From: the human T2T-CHM13v2.0 reference genome, Homo sapiens
Strand: one strand, 5' to 3'
NCBI RefSeq assembly: GCF_009914755.1
Contig: NC_060940.1
Length of the DNA: 64,000 bases
In this document: piece after piece, positions 56,701 through 64,000 of the stretch
Numbering within the stretch: position 1 is the first letter of the stretch
How the letters are laid out: each line of letters opens with the position of its first letter
Notes under the pieces: model-generated
Told to the model about the DNA's origin: nothing
What the model saw: only the letters and a program-made list of their open reading frames with translations
Database searches by the model: none
Program-made: the position numbers and the translations under genes

Positions 56701-58471
56701 TAGGAGGGAGGGTCAGGTGTGGCGGTGGTCACCGGAGCCCGGGCTGCCGACCCTGCAGAAAAGCGCCATCCTCCGCCCGCCCTCTGCCTCCCACGGTGCT
56801 GCCCGCACCTCTCTTCCAGGCCTGTGTTTACTGCTGATCCCTACCAGCTGGTAGTGTTCTGCAGGAGTCCATGTGTGAAGAGAGGTTGCGTGGAACAGGT
56901 ACCCCGCTCAGCAGAGGGAATCTTGGTGAAGTGGGCTGAGGAGGGTGGGTGTGGACCGTCCCTGAGGGCCACCCCCAAAGCCCACGATGTAAGATGGGCA
57001 CTTGAAGGTTTGCAAAGCCTATTGTGAGCAGGTGGGTTTGGACTCGTGCTGCGGGCCACACACTTTCCCCTTAGAGGCAGAATTGTGGAGCCCTGATCTG
57101 GAAAGATCTTTTGAGACCCAGAGGTCTGGCTTTCCAAAGCTGGGTGTGAGGACAGCTGCAGCCCGCAGAGCGGTGACAGGGGCACACACGTGTGTGTCTT
57201 CTGACTCACCAGCCACCTGATGGCTATTTTAAGGTGTTTCCAGGTAGCATACGGTTAGTGTGAAGCCGACGAGTCTTTGGGGTCTGGGCTCAGGGACAAT
57301 TGGGTTAAATAGTGAGTGATTGCCACATAGTTAGAATTGGGAAATAAAGAGATGAAAGAAAACAATTTTTAAACACAAATAAGAAATTTAAGGAAAAAAA
57401 TGGCAAGTGAGCCAATTTAGATAAATATTAAGTAAATTTATTTGTCGGGATGTCTGGGGCTGCAGGTTACAGAAAACGTTGACTCAAATTGGCTTAACCC
57501 ATCTGGGAATTTTTAATATCCCAGAACAAGGGGGTACAGAGCTAGGGTGGATGGGGGGTGCTCCAGGCCGGTGGCTCTGGCCTTGGCTCTGCCCCTCTAT
57601 GTGAGCATTGTCCTTGGCCTTGCTTGTTGGTGCATGAATAATTTATAGGAAGATGAAGGTCTGAAAGGAAGTTATGACGATGAAGTCGCTGCATCGAGAG
57701 TTCCTTCTGTTCCCAACCATTCTCCTCGTCAGCATCACATGTGCACACACATGTGCACGCACACACAGCCCCACGTGACCCAGCACTCCCATCCCTCACT
57801 TAGGCCAAATTTGCCTTCTCCTTTTCCGGTTTGGATCCTGGTTTGTTCAATGTTGGGCCTGGCCCTGTCGTGTGCCTAGGGATGGACTCTCTGGCGCCCA
57901 GGGGAGGATGGTGCTGTGGGTGGGAGGTGCCCCAAGAGCAGGGTGATAGGGTGATGAGCTGCATCTGCTGATGTTCATGTCACCTGAGGCCTTTCCCTCA
58001 CTTTTCAGGGCCTGCCATGCGATCAGGGACACCCGAGACCACTTCCAGCCCCAACCTCCCATGCACGTGGGAGTCCCACCCGGGAGGCCTTCCACACATG
58101 CCCACATCAGTCACAGCGAGTGCTCCTGGGACTGTGATGGTGCCTGTCACTCTGCCTGGGGGCTGGGGAGGGTCACAGAAGATGGTCCTTACCTATCTTA
58201 CAAAGAATTCAAAATAGAGCCCAGGCCCTGAGAGCATGATTTGAAGGTGCCGCTGTGGTGTCAGACCCACCATTCCAGTGCCAGCTGTGCCACCTGTGTG
58301 GGCATCAGTGTCCATCGCTGTGAAATAGGACATTACAGGGTGAAGTTGGGAGTGCCGGCGGGGGGCACATGCTCAGGGTCTGGCGTGTATAGACACCCCT
58401 AATACATGATTGTGATCATGATCACAGAATCTTCTGGAAACTCTGCCTCCCTGGAATTAAGAACAAAAGGT

Positions 58472-58716
58472 AGGCCGGGTGCGGTAACTCACACCTGCAA
58501 CCCCAGCACTTTGGGAGGCTGAGGCCAGGAGTTCAAGACCAGCTTGGGCAACATAGGGAGACCCCCATCTCTATAAAAAATAAAAATAAACTAGCTGAGC
58601 ATCGTGGTGCAAGCCACTTGGGAGGATGAGCCCAGGAGGTCAAGGCTGTAGTGACCTGTGACTGCACCACTGCATTCCAGCCTGGGGGAGACCCTGTCTC
58701 CAAAAAAAAAAAAAAG
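58472..58716 (+). mobile_element. AluJ-like, internally deleted
   Basis: ggccgggtgcggt...poly-A, shorter than full length. Confidence 0.88.
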
Positions 58717-58884
58717 ACCTGGTGCCACCCTAAACATCTCCAGTTTGTGTGCAGGTTTGGAGTGCCTCCTGAATGGCGCGTTCCAAGAGGGACTCCACAG
58801 TGAGTCGAACCAGGCACCCACCCCCGGGGAGGTGACCTGCAGACACCAGCTATTGTGTGCAGTTGTGCAGCAGAGCTTCCTATG

Positions 58885-59078
58885 GTAGCTCTGGCCAGCG
58901 GAACTTCCTGCATCCATGGAGCAATGTCCTGTGTGTGGTGCGTCCCTGACGGTCACCGCCAGCCACATGTGGCTCTCCAGCATTTGGAATGTGGTCCGTG
59001 AGGCCCAGGAACTGAATTTTTCCTTTGATTTTATTTCAATAATTTAAATGTAAATAGCCACATGTGGCTACCGTATGG
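58885..59078. mobile_element. MER3-like
   Basis: agccacatgtggct twice, gaactgaattttt...tttaaatgtaaatagccacatgtggcta. Confidence 0.75.
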
Positions 59079-60214
59079 ATGGCTTGGCTGTATGTGGGGG
59101 TGGGGAGGAGCAGGCACGTGGGGAAGGCTCAGCTGATGGATGGCGTCCAAGCGTAGCCCTGAGGGATCTGGTGGGTCCACCAGGGAGGGAGGGAAGGGTT
59201 CTTCCAGGAAAAGGGGGCAAGACAAGCGAAGAAGGAGCCAGAAGAGCAGGGCCCGCTGACGATCAGGGGAGCTTCTGGAGTGGCTAGTGCAGAAGGCGTG
59301 TTTTGAGGATGGAAGAGGAGGTTGGCCCAGGTAGGGGAAAACGCACTCTCATGGGTCGGGTGTTTTCTTATATGTAGAGGGGGTGTGATTTCAATGCATT
59401 TCAACCTGGGGAGGTGGGGGCAGCGCCGTAATCATAACAACTGCTAACGTCGATTAGCCCTGTGCCAGCCACTGTCATTCATTCATTCATTCATTCATTC
59501 ATCAGCCGATCCGTGAGCTCCTGCTACTTGCTGGGGGAAGTGATCATAGCAGACGAAGCCTTTGTTCCCCCAAACCTTATAGCTTAGTGAGGGGACAGTG
59601 CCAGCAACCCAGCAATCGCTCAGCCACCCTCCCCTGTTGAGCCAGGGAGGCCCCGACAGCCCCCTCCTTCCAAGGCATGGTCCATAGTTGCATGCACGCC
59701 ACCCCGCAAGCTTGGAGTCCGTAGCCTTGGTGGCCTGTGGTATGCCGACCAGTGGCTCTGCCTCCCTCCTGGGGTAACCGTGTGGGGTTGCGGTTTCTCC
59801 CGAGCATGTCGTGGTGACATATTTGGTTGGCGTGGCTGTGTGGCTGAGAAGATCCATCAGCGGGCGTCGTCGACGCTCGCCGGCCCTGAACCACGTTTTA
59901 ATTTGCCAGTCTGTGGGTTTCCTATCCATGTATTCATCTAGATTTGTGTCAAGCGAGATTGCTTTTGTCTTCTCTGTCTGCTCATAAATCCCTCTGCAGA
60001 GCTCCGTCCTCGGCATTCTGCTTACGTGGTATCCGGTTTGGAAACTGAGCGGGGGGCTGTGGTAGGCGACCCCACAAGGCCAAACCCCACTCGTCTCTCT
60101 CTTCCTCTGGCCTCACCCAGGCTCCTGGGCCGGGGTGGGGAGGGCAGCCCAGAAGGCTGGGATTCCCATTTGGGACCGCAGGGTTACTCGCCCTTGCCCA
60201 GTGGGTGCTGCATT

Positions 60215-60570
60215 CTTCTGTTGGGGCTGCCATGGCAAAATGCCACACTCTGGCTTGAACAATAGAAATCCATTTCCTTGCAGTTCTGGAGGCCAGGAGC
60301 CTGAAGTCAAGGTGTGAGCAGGGTTGCTTTCCTCTGGGGCCCCTCGCCTTGGTGTGTGAACGCCGTGTTCCCTCTGGGTGCAGGTCTGTGTCCACACCTC
60401 TTCTTCTTATGGGGACACCAGTCCTATTGGATTAGGGCCACCCGGGTGACCTCATTTGACCTTAATCACCTCTCCAAAGGCTCTGTCTCCAAATACAGTC
60501 ACATTCTGAGGCCCGGGGGCTGGGATGTCAGCGTGTCAATTTTCGCAGGACACAAATCAGCCTATAATAG
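60215..60570 (-). mobile_element. MLT1 LTR
   Basis: ggggctgccatggcaaaatgccacactctggcttgaacaatagaaat...ggattagggcccaccc-like...tccaaatacagtcacattctgagg. Confidence 0.85.
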
Positions 60571-60774
60571 GTGTCATTTTCCCTCTTTTTCAATTTGAAA
60601 TGGATGCGTCATATTCATCAGAAGAGTTGCGAGCACACGCCTCGTGTGTTTCTATGGGCTGAGCTCACCATGTAATGGGCCCCTGCATGACAAAGAGTGT
60701 GCCCAGTCCCCCAGAAGCCCCCTGTGGCCCCCTGCCGAGGTGGCCAGTGCCCCGACTTCTAACTCCGTCACTTA

Positions 60775-61068
60775 TTTTTTTGTCTTTTGAGATGGAGTCT
60801 TGCTGTGTCGCTCAGGCTGGGGTGGAGTGACTCGATCTCGGCTCACTGCAATGTCCGTCCTCGGGTTCAAGTGATTCTCATGTCTCAGCCTCCCGAGTAG
60901 CTGGGATTACAGGCATGCGTCACCACGCCCAGCTAATTTTTGTGTTTTTAGTAGAGATGGGGTTTCACCATGTTGGCCAGGCTGGTCTGCAACTCCTGAC
61001 CTCAGGTGATCCACCCGCTTCGGCCTCCCAAAGTGCTGGGATTACAGGCAGGAGCCACCACGCCCGGC
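60775..61068 (-). mobile_element. Alu (AluSx-type)
   Basis: TSD tcacttattttt on both sides. Confidence 0.95.
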
Positions 61069-63138
61069 CTCCCTCACTTATTTTTCGGAACAGGTGATGT
61101 TCCAGAGTGACATACGCAGGTAGCTTCTACCTAGCCCCTGCTCTGTTTCCACACCACCAGGGGCGAGAGGTGAGTTGGGACAGGATGGAGGAGAAGCCAG
61201 CAGCTCCAGGAGGAGCACACGCCATGGAGGGTAGGGAGCCAGGAGGGGCTGCCTGCATGGGTGAGAGGTGGTTGAGCTTCAGCCTGGGCCTCCAGCCGTC
61301 CACCCCCTCAGCTGTGGCCTGGATGGGTGTCAGGGCAGGGCCCGCGGCCTCTAAAACATCCTCGGGGAGGTGCCTCGTGGACACGTGGCAATAGTTACCC
61401 AGATACAGCCTCGGAGGGGAGGCTGCTGCTTGTGCTCAGTATGCTGGTGGAGACTGGTGTGCTGGTCTGTTTTTCTGTAGAGACTGAAATTAGCAGGAAG
61501 CTAATCACGCTTTGTCTTTTACCTGAACTGGGGTCCTTGAACTTCACATCCAGGAGAAAGGTTCGTAACTGTGTGCCCAGCCTGGTGTCAGGTCCTGGGG
61601 GATGTACAAACGTGTGTGTCAGGGTCTTTCCCCCTCAGCGTATGTGCACTGGGCAGGCACACATGGTTCGTTGGACAACAGCGCTGCTGGTCACTGGCGA
61701 CTGGCTGGCTGGGTCACAGTGGATATGTCTGGTAGGGCTGGGCAAAGGTGGGAACAGCAGGGAGAGGGACTTGAACCAGGACCTGAGGAAGAGGAGGGAT
61801 CCAGGTGGCCTCTGTAGAGAAGAAACGCTCACCTGGTGAGGGGCGAGACACGGACAAAGGCTGGAAGGCCGGGCAGAGCGGGGTTATCGTGTGACGGAGA
61901 AAGTGGCCTGCCCACCTGATGGGCGTGTGGGTATGTGTGGGTGCACGTGGACGCAAGGGGGCAGGAAGGGTTGGATCCATGCCAGGGACAGCTTTGGGCG
62001 GCGGTAACAAGAGTCCTGGTCGTGGGAAGGCAGTGTTGGTGGGGGACCGGGGCTGCGGTCTTCAGAGGCTGCCTGAGTCTCACTAAGTTTCTCCTCAGAA
62101 CAATGGGGGAGTGGCTGGCTCCCATCTGGTGTCCTGTTCATCTCAGGAGCCCCCAGCTCCAGGTACAGATACGAGGAGGCCAAGGCCAAGGCCCTCCCAG
62201 CCAGCTCCAGAGTATGAAGGGGTCATCGTCCTTGGTCACCCACCTGGAGGGTCCGAGCTCCGTTTGGCCAGCGACCCCTGGCCCTCGCTGTCATCAGCTT
62301 GCCTGGTGCTTTGCGGGTGCCTGATGACTGTGGAGTGACGTTGAATGGAAAGGCCAGGAGGCTCCATCTGAGGATGTATGCTGGCCCTGAAGGCCAGCGT
62401 GGGGAACAAGAGCCGAATGGCCATGCCGGGTGGGAGACGTGTGTGCTGTTCACGGCACACCTCGGCTGCCTGCCTTCTCCCTGACTGTGTGCCATGAGCC
62501 ACATTCGTGAGGGTAAATGTGTGTGTGTGAGTCCCTTCCTCGCCTCTGTCAGAGACTGCAGGAACCTTGGAGGTGTTTGGAAGGGATAGGAGACCCCCCC
62601 AGCCCCCACGTCCTGATCCCTTCGTCCCCTGCAGACGGTTCCTCTGACAGAAGCTGACAAGAGCCATTTCCAAGATGGATTGATTCAATTTAGCACAAAT
62701 TTTTGCCGGATTTGGTGACGTATGGCTCCCTGTTGGAACCGCATTGAATGTGACTCCAAAGAGAGAGGCTTTATTAGGCCAAGCCGCGCTGAGCAGGTGG
62801 GGCCCCGGGGGCCAAGCACCCCCATGCCGCCACCATCAGATGTACCCGCCCTGGAGCCCTCAGGGCTCCCTGCCTGCCCCTCGGCTCTCCCATCATTAGG
62901 GGGCCGCTCAGCTGCTCAGAAAGAAAGTGCTTTGTGAGCCGGCTTTTCATTATACTCTGGGGGCTGAATTTCCATTTTATTCCCAGAAGCAAAGTTTTGC
63001 TGCCACGAGGACCCCACTGTGTGAGGCCCAGCACGAAAGACTCCTTCCCTCTGGGCTGATAAATTCTTAATGGGGCTGTACTCCAGCATCCCCTGGGCTC
63101 ACCCACCGCTTCCCCGCAGCCCAGGACCAGGGCCCGAG

Positions 63139-63201
63139 CGTGCGTGTGTGTGTGTCTGTGTGTGTGTGTGTCTGTGTGTGTGTGTGTCAGTGTGTGTGTG
63201 T
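63139..63201. repeat. Imperfect (TG)n microsatellite
   Basis: GT repeat with a few interruptions. Confidence 0.95.
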
Positions 63202-64000
63202 CGGTGTGGCCTGCGTGCACCCGCCTTGGCGGGGGCACACCTGGCAGCCTTGCTTTGTGCCTGCAGCTGTGTGTGTGAGAACAGGCCCTGGGCTTGGTAC
63301 CTCAGCAGGGGCCGGGGCTGTTTCTGAGGCTCTCTGCTGGAAAACACTGGAAGGGAGGGGGAACCCAGCCTTTTTAGGGAAGCTGCCCCCCAAGTGTGGG
63401 TGCACGTAGCTTTGGCCTTGTTGTAGGAACCCTCCCACGGCTCCCATGCATGAAGAGTGAAAGTCAGAGTTGCCCCTGGAACCCCAGAGCCCCCCGCGAC
63501 CCCTGCAGGCCTCCTGCTCAACCTGCTCCCTGCACCATGTGCCCTACTCCTGCCTCACAGGCCTCATGGCTCCGGCCTCATGGCTCCAGCCTCAGGGCCT
63601 CTGCACCTGCCGTTCCCTTTCCCTGAAGCGCTGTTCCCAGGTCTGCACAAGCTCATGCTCCCGGCTCCTCCTTTATCCAAAAGCAGCCAACCTTGACCAC
63701 TCTGTCAAAAACTGGGTCAAAAAGCACCCCGTTCCTCTCTGGCTTTATTTTTCCACTTGCATGCGTTGCTCTTTAATAGCACGTACCCGTAAAGCTCCAT
63801 GAAGACAAGGGCTGCGCTCTTGTTTCTTCACTCCTATGTCCTCAGTGCCCAGAACAGTGCCTGGCACTCAGTGAACATTAGACGGATGGAAGAGGTGCTG
63901 ACCAAGTGCCTGGCTTTCTGTGGCCATCTGAGCTGGACTCAGAGAAGCAAGAACCTGGAAGGCTTTTCCCTTTCTATGTGTGGTAGGCTGAAAAATGCCT

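Overview
Human (primate) genomic DNA from a GC-rich, repeat-rich, almost entirely non-coding region. About 25-30 Alu elements or fragments, MLT1 LTRs, MER20/MER5/MER3/Tigger4-like DNA transposon fossils, and L1M/L2/MIR remnants are interleaved with short unique TAAT-rich islands that retain CpG and look like conserved developmental enhancers. The one convincing gene structure is a CpG-island promoter (~15.3-16.0 kb) with a + strand first exon. It encodes MLGMKTWSSLLQNL and ends at a strong phase-1 donor (TCA|GTAAGT, 15893/15894). The peptide style, the phase and the landscape fit an alternative first exon of GSE1 (16q24.1), but this is recalled from memory and unverified. The remaining ~48 kb looks like intron. 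The most interesting observations are: an in-frame uORF that repeats the main start sequence; a recursive-splice-like AG|GT site; a 420-bp ~95% identical local duplication; a 41-bp minisatellite apparently born from L1 sequence; a nested Alu stack; and an archipelago of enhancer-like islands. The long ORFs in the supplied track look spurious. I found no support for a wholly new biological system. Repeat boundaries are approximate and read by eye.
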